From positions 9,102,564-9,166,563 of the forward strand of contig CM082585.2 of NCBI GenBank assembly GCA_040954595.2: a stretch of DNA of 64,000 nucleotides. The letters are read 5' to 3'. This DNA is from Balanoglossus misakiensis. Taxonomy: Eukaryota > Animalia > Hemichordata. A model generated the notes under the pieces. It saw only the letters and a program-made list of their open reading frames with translations, made no database searches and was not told the origin of the DNA. Of the stretch, positions 51,201 through 61,673 are shown one piece after another; position 1 is the stretch's first letter, and every line of letters begins with the position of its first letter. Made by a program: the position numbers and the translations under genes.

Positions 51201-54134
51201 CTATTGACATGCGTGTTAGTCGCCACATCTACACTCGCTTTCGCGAAGGATGCCCTAGGGGAGCTATCGGTCACTACGGGAGGGACGTTGGCCCGTCATG
51301 TGACCACTACATAATACCAGGTAAGGTCACAACGATGGCAGCGTTCAGACGCTTCGACAGGAGCGCATGGAACGCTGCCGAAGTCGAGACAATAGCGCCA
51401 CGTCAGTATTCCCAACGACCGAACGGCACAGACCCTGGTCTATGGCCAGAGTAGTATCGTCACGGGCACGTGATTGCCCCTTCAATGGTTCCAAGGCAAG
51501 GGACCGCTCACACAATCGAAAGAGGGCCCATTTCCGTCCCAGACTGATTCCAACGGATGTAAACAGGAAACGCCCGCCAAAAGAGAAGAATCTCGGTCGA
51601 AGGCAAGAATGCAAAACAGGGACCGGTGCCATTGTACGGTCCTCGGCTGTAAAACGGGCGCAAGAATCCCAGCTGCATTAATGAATAGTATTTTTTTAAA
51701 CACGACTCAAGATGAACAGGTTGCATTCCTTAAATCATCTACACCTTTGTCACGTGACAGACAGAACAAACGAACCAGGGTAACGTCTCCAGAAAGGCAT
51801 ATACAATGCACTTAGGTCAAGGTTTTCAAGAGTATCCGTATTAGGGTTTTCTTCATGACAGCTGTACCTACTTTGACCTAATCAGTTGGAGACGGTCTTT
51901 ACTTTTGTATATGAATGTCAGGGTAGCGATATCGTCCCAGCGCCAAGTCGCGCTCGCATTCACGGTGACAGGGGAAATGAACTGCCACTTCGGCTCAGAT
52001 GGGGAAGAGGAGGGGGAGGAGGGGGTAGGAGACGAACCCCCTCCCAACTTACACGCGGCGCGGAGAACAAAATGCGACGAAAGACGCAACGCGTGTAAAC
52101 GTCTGCGTTGATGCACGGGGCGTCTGACCTGAACTGACCCGAACCCCGGGGTCCCGGTTGAAATTGGATCGTATTTCGTCCCGGGACTCGGTGAAGGGCT
52201 TCTAGGTGCACTGAGACAAACTTAATCCCTCCTGACAATTCCTGTACCGCTGCCAAGTTCGTCACCTTTTCAGAGTCGTAATAGTAATAATCTTTTGCTG
52301 GCATTTCGACATCTGGTATGTGTTATTGCATGAAACAAAATCACCATTGTCAAGGAAAGCAAGGTCAGGAATGAATACCTATGTGCTAATGACAACATTC
52401 ATTTTAAAAATATAAAAAATAGCGTCAAGGACACTGTGGTCCCATTTGAGGACATAGCACATAGCAACATAGCAATAAGCATATCTGCTCTGGATGCCAA
52501 GATATGGAAAAGTAGGTCAAAGGTCACCTGAGGTCATGCAAAATTTGGGCAAGAAATTTTGACCCTATACTGGTCCATGTTGAACAAAAACCAAACCTAT
52601 AGCCCTATTGGTTAGCCTGTAATTAGGTATGCACATAATTAATGAGATATGCAGGTGTCACAGGTGACCCCAAATTTTGGCTTTTCAATTTTAGTGCCAA
52701 CCCTCCAAACGCCAAGTCTGTATCTGCTCTGGATGCCAAGATATGATAAAGTAGGTCAAAGGTCACCTGAGGTCATGCAAAATTTGGGCAAGAAATTTTG
52801 ACCCTATACTGGTCCATGTTCAACAAAAAACAAACCTATAGCCTTATTGGTTAGCCTGGAATTAGGTATGCACATAATTAATGAGATATGCAGGTGTCAC
52901 AGGTGACCCCCAATTTTGGCTTCTCAATTTTAGTGCCAATCCTCCAAACGCCAAGTCTGTACCTGCTCTGGATGCCAAGATATGGAAAAGTAGGTCAAAG
53001 GTCACCTGAGGTCATGCAAAATTTGGGCAAGAAATTTTGACCCTATACTGGTCCATGTCCCACAAGAACGAAACCTCTAGCCCTATTAATTAGCCCGGAA
53101 TTAGGTATGCACATAATTAATGTGTTAAGCAGGTGTTACAGGTGAGCCCAAAAATTTGCCTTTTATTTTGGCCCCATTGTGCTCACTGGCCAATAGACAG
53201 TCACTGTACAGGACTATTGCACAGACCAGAATTCCACAATAAGACGTGGACATAGCTTAACCATAGAGGTATAAGTAAAGGTATAAATTTAATAAAAAGA
53301 CTAAAAAATTCATAAAAAATAAAACATCAATGATATCAACTTAACACTTACAGGTCGGTGTGAGGTTGACATAAGGTACATACATATCAATTTTCAAAGC
53401 AATCTGACCAGTAATTGTTGAGTTACAGAATTTTGATCAATTTCACATTTTACAAGCTAATTTGCATATTTTAGGGCCTGGCAACTTCGTTTGGACAAAC
53501 TCCCATCTACAGCCCAGCCTGCACCTACACACCAAATATTGAGGTGATACGCGCAGCGGTTTTCAAGTTTTTGATGTGGACGGACATACAGACATACATC
53601 CATACATCCATACATCCATACATCCATCCATCCATACATACATACAGACGCAACCCATCCCATAAGGTCCCATGGTATATAGGCCTATACCAATGGGACC
53701 TAAAAAACAATTACACAAACGAGATATTTTTTCAAGGATGTCTTTTCCTCCTGGAGTACAAAACCCCACGGCAGTCCCCCTTCCTCGATATGTCCTGAGG
53801 ACTTTGTATTAGAATGTCCTGTTACAGGGATTGGCAGGAACGGAGCCAAGTTTGTTGGTTTGCTAAAGATTTGCGTGAAGGAGTTTTATTTACCTTCTGA
53901 TTGGCACGGGTCGATAACGTTTGAAGTCTCGTCAGAATCGGCGGCCACTCCGGCGGATGCATCTTGGCGATGGCCGTGGTGATGCCCGGGGTTTCCGTGG
54001 TGCCTGTGCCGGCCACGGGGATCGCTGTTGCCGCCGGCGGAGGTTCTGGCTCGTCCCGCTGTGGCGGGCGATGCGCTCACCAGCAACACAAGCAGCACGA
54101 GTTGGCAGCAGGCCCACACTGTGGTTCGCAGCAT
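39270..54134 (-). CDS. BMP1: BMP1/tolloid-like astacin metalloprotease, 16 coding exons, ~924 aa: signal peptide-pro-astacin-CUB-CUB-EGF-EGF-EGF-CUB-CUB
   Basis: Exons (minus): 54134-53894, 46733-46506, 46345-46231, 45906-45690, 45556-45370, 45099-44950, 44794-44594, 44420-44271, 44022-43810, 43587-43465, 43311-43189, 41169-41044, 40444-40309, 40196-39943, 39791-39608, 39396-39270. All phases are compatible (2775 nt). Motifs: signal peptide, DPCQSE-GVFEHDIILD prodomain, furin site RHRR/AATS, WEEHTCLKF, CCSYVG, zinc site HEIGHAVGFWHEQSRPDRD, Met-turn SIMHY, three Ca-EGF exons, four CUB domains. The symbol denotes family; orthology is unproven. Confidence 0.93.
39470..39560. mobile_element. Short Tc1/mariner(pogo)-type MITE remnant in tolloid intron 15
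   Basis: Starts TACAAGTCGAACCTGTCTGTGGCCAGTC and ends AGTTTGACTGTA, matching the TIR seen at 44820 and 59942. TA occurs at both ends. Confidence 0.6.
41404..41694 (+). CDS. Unidentified small coiled-coil protein (96 aa), intronless, nested antisense in tolloid intron 11
   Basis: ATG 41404 to TGA 41694. GC-rich and codon-like compared with the AT-rich intron flanks, with a heptad-rich E/K/R/Q/L sequence ending EEEEEERQRKLRPWLKY. No homolog recognised. Confidence 0.55.
   Translation: MTHIRDANDSMRSLENTQKRMEQLCVDFHRMQEDLQSNEDFIIRKTERLRNVEKVFSRMTFQIGQMKERLEKLQRDLTAEEEEEERQRKLRPWLKY
41777..42814 (+). CDS. Unidentified protein (345 aa) with N-terminal coiled coil, helical middle and acidic tail, intronless, nested antisense in tolloid intron 11
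   Basis: 1038-bp uninterrupted ORF with strong Kozak context (AAAATGG) and AATAAA at 42891. It lies wholly between tolloid exons 11 (43189) and 12 (41169). Confidence 0.72.
   Translation: MERGDALVSFAELDEQFKQLKRRSDALSSKLEELNTRFRTAYSEIEEQMVDAQRKSEEVHESLKALSARQSDLADRISAAETSCRDNSEYYMRKRVEVDILHSAACGNDDRMQTIFLYIREFFNILLDAVNGDRSDDNSPIKNVRLLWLREDDNSELRCLRSKVTRKLGFDEERLDHLKEFQNVFENLGLSEKCENKEFTFNETEALDLLNDLKSTGTETSSDVYETFRLVIAFVCVRKRPEFLASLTECQQSVLTEMLFGIEAFKAGNDKRDSKNCEADHVMPPDGGTASTDSESKDTMATDSGEDITTNKEEVIWPENCLKVVTATHETTKMSENISQNDESV
42829..43038. mobile_element. MITE with 16-bp imperfect TIRs; related copy at ~62165-62309
   Basis: TIRs AATAGATGATTTTCCG (42829-42844) and CGGAAAATAGTCTATT (43023-43038). 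Internal GCGAGATCT..CGAGACTTG.TTAATT and ATCTCGCAGGGTCTCGTGGAG.TCGGAA are shared with 62165-62309. Confidence 0.65.
43655..43719. repeat. (GGT)n/(GAT)n microsatellite in tolloid intron 9
   Basis: Imperfect GGT/GAT trinucleotide run seen directly. Confidence 0.9.
44820..44849 (+). mobile_element. Solo TIR of a Tc1/mariner(pogo)-type MITE in tolloid intron 6
   Basis: TACAGTCAAACCTGTCTATAGTGGCCAGTC is the exact reverse complement of 59942-59971. TA-CAGT termini are typical of the Tc1/mariner superfamily. Confidence 0.6.
51004..51060. repeat. 57-bp inverted repeat (14-bp perfect arms), possible mini-MITE
   Basis: GAGGAATTTACACT (51004-51017) and AGTGTAAATTCCTC (51047-51060). Confidence 0.7.
52410..53707. 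mobile_element. Non-autonomous Helentron/HINE-like element with an internal 239-bp tandem repeat (x3), microsatellite and terminal hairpin
   Basis: Tandem units start at 52482, 52721 and 52960. A (CATA/CATC)n microsatellite spans 53584-53646, and the hairpin AGGTCCCA..GGTATA..TATACC..TGGGACCT (53665-53701) is followed by an A-run. Subterminal inverted repeat GGTCCCATT (52438) pairs with AATGGGACC (53692). The modular layout matches DINE-1/HINE-type elements; the left boundary is approximate. Confidence 0.7.
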
Positions 54135-57100
54135 ATTCGTTGTTGTGATGTTTTCTTTTCTTTTTTCACCCGAGGTGGCTTAGAATTTCACGGGTCGACG
54201 CCGCAAGAACGAGGCGTTGGGGCAAAACACCGGCGTGTGTTAGTTGTTCCCCGGTCTGACTTCAGCTCCTCGGTTGCGACGTCCACTTTTTGTTCAGCGG
54301 CAGATCTTAGAGGCTGGTGGCGGTATACTCGCGGTGTGACGTCGCAATGGGGTCGAATTAATGCAGTATGGAAGTATCGTCCGCAACTGACTTGTCTTGC
54401 CGCATTCCCACCTCGGCGATGATTAAACTGAAAATCTGACGAGCAGATGTGCTGATGTGCCCGATACCGCAGCCGAGGGGAAACAATCGATGTCCTGCTT
54501 GACTTTCGCATATAAAGGCGCGCTGGCCTTGTAAACCGACCAATACAATGCGAGAACGGACATGGTCGTCAAGACAACCTCCATTCCTGGGTATTTGCAG
54601 TGATCAAGCGATTTTGAACGCCAGATGGCATCAGTGGGCCCTTGCTACCTTATGACGTCACGTGGTGGCCCGGGCAATAAATCGGATCAAACCTCCCTCC
54701 GCCAGGTAGTGACTTTGACCTCTACCACATTGCGCGCACCTAACGGAGGGAGGGGGCAATTTGACGCAACAGTCGCATAACCTCCAGCCCCCTCTCCCAA
54801 TATCAAATGGGTTACCCCTAGTAAGAACGCCGTGGCATGGGATTTTACTATTTCTGTTGACCTTAACCACAGTGCCTTATTCTGGCTTCCGTTACGACGC
54901 TGTTGGCAAGACTAGTTTAGCTCTTTCGCTTTTATTACTGTCCAAATACAAAGTCCTCCCTTCGGGGTTGTTTACATCCATACCGTGCCGGGAGGTGCTA
55001 TTTTTCTGAACTAGTTCTCCGGGCGTTCACTACAGGAAACGGGGTCTGTGAACGTGACTGGTCGGAACAATACGACCGGATAACAGTGTAAATACAACCC
55101 GAATTGCCGGCGGCGAGGTCACGACCTGGCTGTAATAATAGGCGCAATATTACGTATATACACACTGAATGCTGGAATGTTGTCAGTTATGCAATCACGT
55201 GCCCTTAGACGTGTTTCCAGCGTGACGTCACACATGGTAAGCTCGAGTTCACCGTGCTCCAGTATACCACAGTGACAGCAAAGCACTGGAAGTACACACC
55301 ATGTACACAAACATGACGGGACAATGTGGCTTTAAACTTAAAGGCAACAAACCCAATTTACGACGGACATAAAGTAAACGTACAGCCCTGAAAAATAAAT
55401 GGGTCCAATTTCAATGGGTGTACTTGTTTATAACCATGGCAGATGGGACCTCCACATTTTGAGACAAGTTTTTTTAAAACAAATCGAGCAGATACGAGTC
55501 ACCCTGGGATTCTACTGACATTACACAGTTTTGGGACAACCTATCTTTAAGTAGTCACATATGAGTAAGATCAGGATCCTTAGCAAGTTTTGTCAAATTC
55601 AATGCAATAATTCCTCAGATGAAGTCGGCCAAGGACAGTAGCAGTCAAGGACATTTGTTCAAGTCATTACAATTCATTTTTGAACCGTGCATGCTAGCTC
55701 AGTAACAATTCGGTCACTTTCTTCACCCGGGAGTTGAAAACAGTGAACAAGACAATGGCAATACCGCGCGAATGAATTCATTGGCCCAGTCTCAGTACTT
55801 AATAAATAGCCATAGAAATACGACAGGGTTTCTTAAAAGGGTATACCCGACCCAATGAATTCCAAAAACCCCAGACTAAGCAAGTGTCGGCTCCCGTGCC
55901 GGCGACACATGCCAGACTCGCGAACACCAATACAGCCACATAAACACCACTGACTTCTTCCCTGGCGCTCCCATCAATTGGCGAATTCCTGCGAACGTCA
56001 AAATGAACCTTCCTTTTATATTAAGACAGAGAGCACGGAGATGGACGGCTAAACTGAACGACCTTCGATGTAGATACACCGACAACAACGAAACATATTG
56101 TTTGTCGGGGGGGGGGGAAGCATAAGCACATCGTTTTACTAGCATCCTGTACAGCTACAGGTGGCCTTCGAAGTTCTCAATTATTGGACGAGTGATGCAT
56201 AGTGATGCATATTCTACGCGTCCCTAAATCCGGGTCACAACGAGACTCCGGGACGTCCCCATGCACCGACTACCAGATGCCGTTGCCTGCCTCTCTGCGA
56301 TGTCTCAATGCCGAACAAAACAGACCCGTATTTCCTCTTTTTGTCAAACAATCTTGTACCTTAACCCGCGCTCTTCAGCTGGATTGGGGGAAAATACAAC
56401 CTCTCCTCCAAAAGGAGGTCGATAATTTATACCCTTCATTTTCAAACAAATGCAAATCATATAGGCCTACGACAGTATAAGCCAAGGAAGCCGGCAAGTA
56501 CAAGTCAACAAGTCTGTCCTAGAGAAGATTTTGTTTCACTCTCACAAAAATGTAAATACCAGTATTTCTTTCTGTCTACGATGCCAGACCAGACCGTCGT
56601 CGTGAGAAGAGACCTGTACATAGACGTCCCTGGACAGTGGAATTACAAATGTTTATGGACCCTTGAAACTTGTCGGGGCTTACTCAAACATTTTGGAAAT
56701 AAACGCCTTGCAAACTAATGGACATACATGCCCACAAAGGGAAGGCTCCACAGATCTACCGTTCGCCTATTTCCACAACATGGATTCGGTTAACCTTGGT
56801 TCAGTTTTATTAAATGCGATGCCTTGTCTCTCAAAGGTGTCCAGTCTTATCTACTCAGGCCCCACAATAATCACCATCGTTATCGTTAAAAGCCCACTTC
56901 GCCTAAATAGAGGGGTCATGGCAAACATAGTTATCGTTAAAAGCCTAATTTGCCCAAATTCAACTGTCAAGGACACGGGGTAAGAATTTAGAGGGGAACA
57001 TGTTTAAATACAGAAATATAGCCAAACGATTATAATTAATGTAGCTCTAAATACCATAGATACTTGTAAGAAACAGAGTGTACAGATAAACAAAACTTAC

Positions 57101-58351
57101 AATAAATCGACTTCAAAATTTAGTGATTTCAACTTTAACCATTTAAGGTCTCTTTTAAGGACAATTTAAAGACAACTGAGCAGCACTGAATATTGTGCGA
57201 TACAATTCCTTAGCCTGGTTTATTTTAAAAGCTATTTTAAAGACATTTAATTATAACCTTGGGAGTTTCAATCTGACCTTTAACAGATGTGAAAGCCTGT
57301 TTTATCAGGACGTGCATTCAACGTCAAGGGTACCGTCGTCAAAAATTGGGAATTTAAGAGGACCACTCAACGTCAAGGGCAGCACTGAAAAAGGGGTTGC
57401 GAATTTATGCAGGGGGGGTCGGTCATACCGCAATTAATCTCGGACACGTTCAGTTTGTGTTTATCTTCTACTTGAAAGCTTTTAAGCTTGAAGAGTCAGT
57501 CGATCTTCGTTTTCGGGGAACAAAAAGGATCACAAGGCCATTCTCCACAAACTGATAGTCCTGAAGCATGAAGTGAGTACCCAACGCTCGATTTCACATG
57601 TAGTTTACCGATGCGTTGTTGAAATCCATTACTGTCATGTGATTGACGTCCAACAAAGTTGCTGACTCGATGAAAAATGCAGATTTCAAAAGAGGAATCG
57701 TGGTACATTTTTAACGTACTCAACATTTCCCAAACTGTGCACACCCGCCAAACGGTGATGACAATCGCCATCCCACAGATGGGAGAGCATCGTAGATGGC
57801 GCTGTTAATTTGCCCGAAACAGCGCCAAGCTGGATACCACAGCTTGACTGTAACTCTTCACATTGATGGAAATACAATGCAACTATCTGTACGTTTGCAG
57901 CGTTTTCTATTTATTTCATAAAATTCTTCATCCTACAGAAGGCTTGATTAAATCATTTTAATCGATCTGACGTAACTCTTAAACGCACGCTACAATTTCT
58001 CTGCTCGCGGGGTGCGTGCGCACAACTATGGCGGACTAAATGTCTGCAGGGGCGATGTCTGACGTCACAAAGTAGAAAAGGACCTCGGGATTGCTGAACG
58101 TGGCTGGCATAGCAAATCTATTTTTTCTCTCCAGAGTCATCAACCTGACGTCACCGCTCCCACGTGAACTGATATACATGTGCTTCTCCTCCGTTTCCTG
58201 TAGTATTGTGTATGCATTTTTCAGGTTGTGGTATACAGTGTGGAAAATATATTCTTTACCAAGATCCTTCAACCAGCCATCGATCATTTTCTTTTTCTTT
58301 GAAAATTCAAAGAGAAAACAAAAACTGTTATAGCATCGACGTATGCGACAG

Positions 58352-58644
58352 CGATTGATTGATTGGTAGCTAGATGGCTGGCAGGCAAGCTGGTTAGTTG
58401 GTCGGCTGATTGATTGATTGATTGCTTGGTGTGTTAGTTGATTGATCAATCGATCAATCGATTGATCCATTGATTGATCGATCGATTAATTGGCTGGCTG
58501 GCGGCCAAGCTGCTTAGTTGGCTGGCTGGTTGTTTGATTGGGTGATTGTTTATTTGTTTGTGAGTTAGTTGATTGTTTGATTGATTGATTGGCTGGCTGG
58601 CTGGTTAATTGGCTGGTTGTCTGGCGGATTGATTAATCGATTGA
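58352..58644. repeat. Compound tetranucleotide microsatellite (GATT/GGCT/GGTT/GATC)n
   Basis: Degenerate tetranucleotide runs seen directly. Confidence 0.9.
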
Positions 58645-59102
58645 CGTGCAGCATTTACGTGCATGACGACTGCAATCGCCGAAATACAGTATACCGATAT
58701 TCATGTATTATTGTACATGTATATGATGTTTTTTTTTCATTTGCATGGCTTGCTAGGCATCTCCAATGGATAATAGATTCGATACAAGCAACAAAATTCT
58801 CTATAATGTTTAACCTCACATGTTCTGCAAGTGCTGATATGTTTCTCACTAATATCGCACGGCCATGGCTAAGCCGCGCGTTTGGTCCGAATCTGTTGTT
58901 TTCTATGGTAAAGTTGGACCTCTAAGACGGCGAATGGGGGTGAAAGGGTTATATTTGTCACCAAGACTACGTGCTTACCTCAACCTCTAATCTTCCCTTG
59001 TTGGTTTTCAACACGAATATGTAATCCTGGTATTCATCAGAGACATTTATCCCGGATAATCCGATGAAAAATCTTGACTTTTCATATGGACCGTAATAAT
59101 AG

Positions 59103-59126
59103 TCATCATCATCATCATCATCATCA
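59103..59126. repeat. (TCA)n microsatellite
   Basis: Eight TCA units seen directly. Confidence 0.9.
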
Positions 59127-59819
59127 TTGGAGCGGGTGCCACGGTCATCAGTACTCGGTGAATCCTCGGTTTTGATTGACCTCGCACTGTGCAATGTCCA
59201 GTGTGTGTCAACTATTGGGGGAAATGACCATATGCAGATTTGAATAAAGGGGTCATATAAGCCAAACACGTCTCCCTGTATTGGGACTGCACATGTTTTT
59301 CACTTGTCAAGTTCTTTAATCATACGTACCGGCATCGAAGTACCCACGTGTGTCCACGAGGCCGCCTTTCTCGTCATACCTCAACCTCAAATATCCATCA
59401 TTGGAATTACTCGCAGTCGACCAGATCTGAACGGTTTTACACGCTAGCTGCCTCCATTTTACTTTGTACGTGCCCTGCGAGAGGAACAGTACAAAACGAT
59501 ATTTGAAAACCCTGGACTGGGTTCTTCTCAGAACATGTCGAATACATTTTTTGTAAGGCCAGGAGGAGAAAATTCAGCGTTAAAGGCCTTGCTCAACAGT
59601 GGGTCAAATCTGTTGTTTCTAATAAGTTAAGTTCAGTTAAGTGCTAAGACAAAGGCTTTCTTGTTTGCCTTCATTGTTCTGCCCTGGGATCGAGAAAAAG
59701 AGTGTATACTTACCACCAGGTCAGCCTGTTACAGGATAAACAAAATAGAATGAATTAAATGTTAGTATCAAGTATATGTAAACTTGAATGATATGATGTA
59801 ACATGTAACAGTCAGTTAA

Positions 59820-59971
59820 TTGTGTTAGTGGCCATCCCAGTCTATCTGTATAGTGGGCACTTTGATACAGTCACTGAGCAATTAATTAACATTGCCTATA
59901 AAGGCCACCTGCCTATACAGGCCAGTTTAGGAAAGTCGCTTGACTGGCCACTATAGACAGGTTTGACTGTA
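59820..59971. mobile_element. Right end of a Tc1/mariner(pogo)-type MITE
   Basis: Ends GACTGGCCACTATAGACAGGTTTGACTGTA, with internal sub-repeats TAGTGGCCA, TATAGTGGGCAC, TATAAAGGCCACCTG and TATACAGGCCAG. The left boundary is uncertain. Confidence 0.6.
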
Positions 59972-61673
59972 CTACAGAAATTATAATGTTGGATTTTGCG
60001 TGCACTCTAAAAGTACGTGTACTAACCATGGCAGTCTCCGGTGTTATTGCCAAAACGATGGCGTTGCTTCTTTCTTTGTATTTCATCTTCACGTCAAAAA
60101 TAAGTTCTCTCTAGAAAAAAAGAAAGGCGTTAGCAACTCCAACGATCATAAGAGACATAGCCAGCGTTTTATCTCCGTTCTTTTTTTTTATCAATCGTAC
60201 TTTGCTTGAGCACCGGTCTGATTGGTCAGTTTATTTGCTTATTCATTCCCCAAACAGGTGCACAACAACCGCGCCATTGTTGCATCGGTTTGCGTGTGCC
60301 ATGTGACCCGTTTTCTCCAAAGTTCAGTAAAGCTGTTACATAATACATTACGAACTAAGAATCTCGCTAACAATTCTCTGGGGGTAAACTGTTCGGTTTT
60401 TTACCTGCCCGTGTTTGATATTCTCGCTTTTATCATAAGTGCGCGGGACGGGTACCAAGGAATTGGACTACCCGTCTGATGTCAACAAGCAGTAAAGCTT
60501 TGATATCAACGAGAAATAATGCAAGAACTGCAATGATTCACCAACATTGAAACACGCCAATACTTACGGACACACCAGTCGAATCATCGTCTTCGCCGCC
60601 GCCGGCAGTTGAAGCAGTGCGATAATTGAGTATCCGGCGATTTGCCAAGGGTTGGCGGAAGTCAGTAGGCCGGGTCGCGCTGCAACCTCGCCTCGTCAAA
60701 CGAGGACGGCGTATCGCTGGAAAGAGCGCCCTCAGCAGTGTACCCATCCTTTACGTTGGCGCGTTGTGTTGCGTTCGGAAACGTCACTTCGCTAACTATA
60801 AATGGAGCGGAAATTTATGCTGATTACTACTAAGGGATTAGTTGAAAAATAAAATACTGTGCAATTGTTCATGTTTTACAGAGTACAACAAGAAACTACA
60901 GTTGACACCCTATACGGAAATACCGAAAAAATGGCCGCCCAAAGTTGGGACGTAGTGTGGGTTTCACTCCGACCAACTTACAGCGCTGATCACGATAAAC
61001 AAAAGAATACGGTGGGCGTGGTCGTTATGAAGTAAAGCGATATTCCCGTTTTCTACACCAGGGCTTTTGGAAAATACGGATATCCGGCTTGTGTCGGCAT
61101 TGACCTTGCAGAGCACGCCCCAATCATACAACCTCCTTACCCTATGCGACTCGACGATGGCGCTGCCCCAACTTAACCGTGTCTCTCAGTGGGTTTTATG
61201 TACCGCCGGGTTAGTACCGCCTGGCTTGGGCAACCGTGTTGCATGTACGCGTGCTGGGGACAGATTCTCGCGGGGACAATCACGAGAGTACCACGCTAGG
61301 GTGAGGTCAGGGGGAATTCCAATAATACTAGTACCGCCAGTGTCCAAGACCTACTTAATAGCCGTCCTTTCATTTTCGAGAATCGGGTTCAGACAACATT
61401 TCTAAGAAGAAGGGCCGGCGTGACCTCCGTTCCACCCGGAAGGAAAAAAAAACACACAGAAACACCTTTGTTAGAATACTTTGCCTTCACGTTTTCACCG
61501 ACTGCAACTTGGGGAAAAGTGTTGCCCTCACAATCATCTGACCTGACACTTTTACTCTGCGTTGAAAGTGACCCAACGTTTACATAGCGTATGCGGTTGA
61601 TACGGGCTTGACACTCGCCTGACGTAATGTGAGAGAATTCTTCAGCCAAACACCGGACCAGAAATACAGCGAT

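Noticed and set aside
51960-52312. GC-rich minus-strand ORF with plausible splice sites (52312-52053) inside tolloid intron 1
   Set aside because: 260 nt would shift the frame, exons 1 and 2 already join into the conserved DPC..GDI-like prodomain motif, and no domain is recognisable.
53457-53798. ORFs rich in MYG/CMD/IHPY repeats
   Set aside because: Translation of the element's (CATA/CATC)n microsatellite.
54505-54545. TATA/CCAAT-like motifs upstream of the tolloid-like gene
   Set aside because: TATAAA reads on the + strand, opposite to the gene, and the TSS cannot be placed from sequence alone.
58036-59269. ORFs of 100-144 aa (DQSIDRLINQ.., IDWLAGWLIG.., poly-Asp)
   Set aside because: Translations of tetranucleotide and (TCA)n microsatellites.
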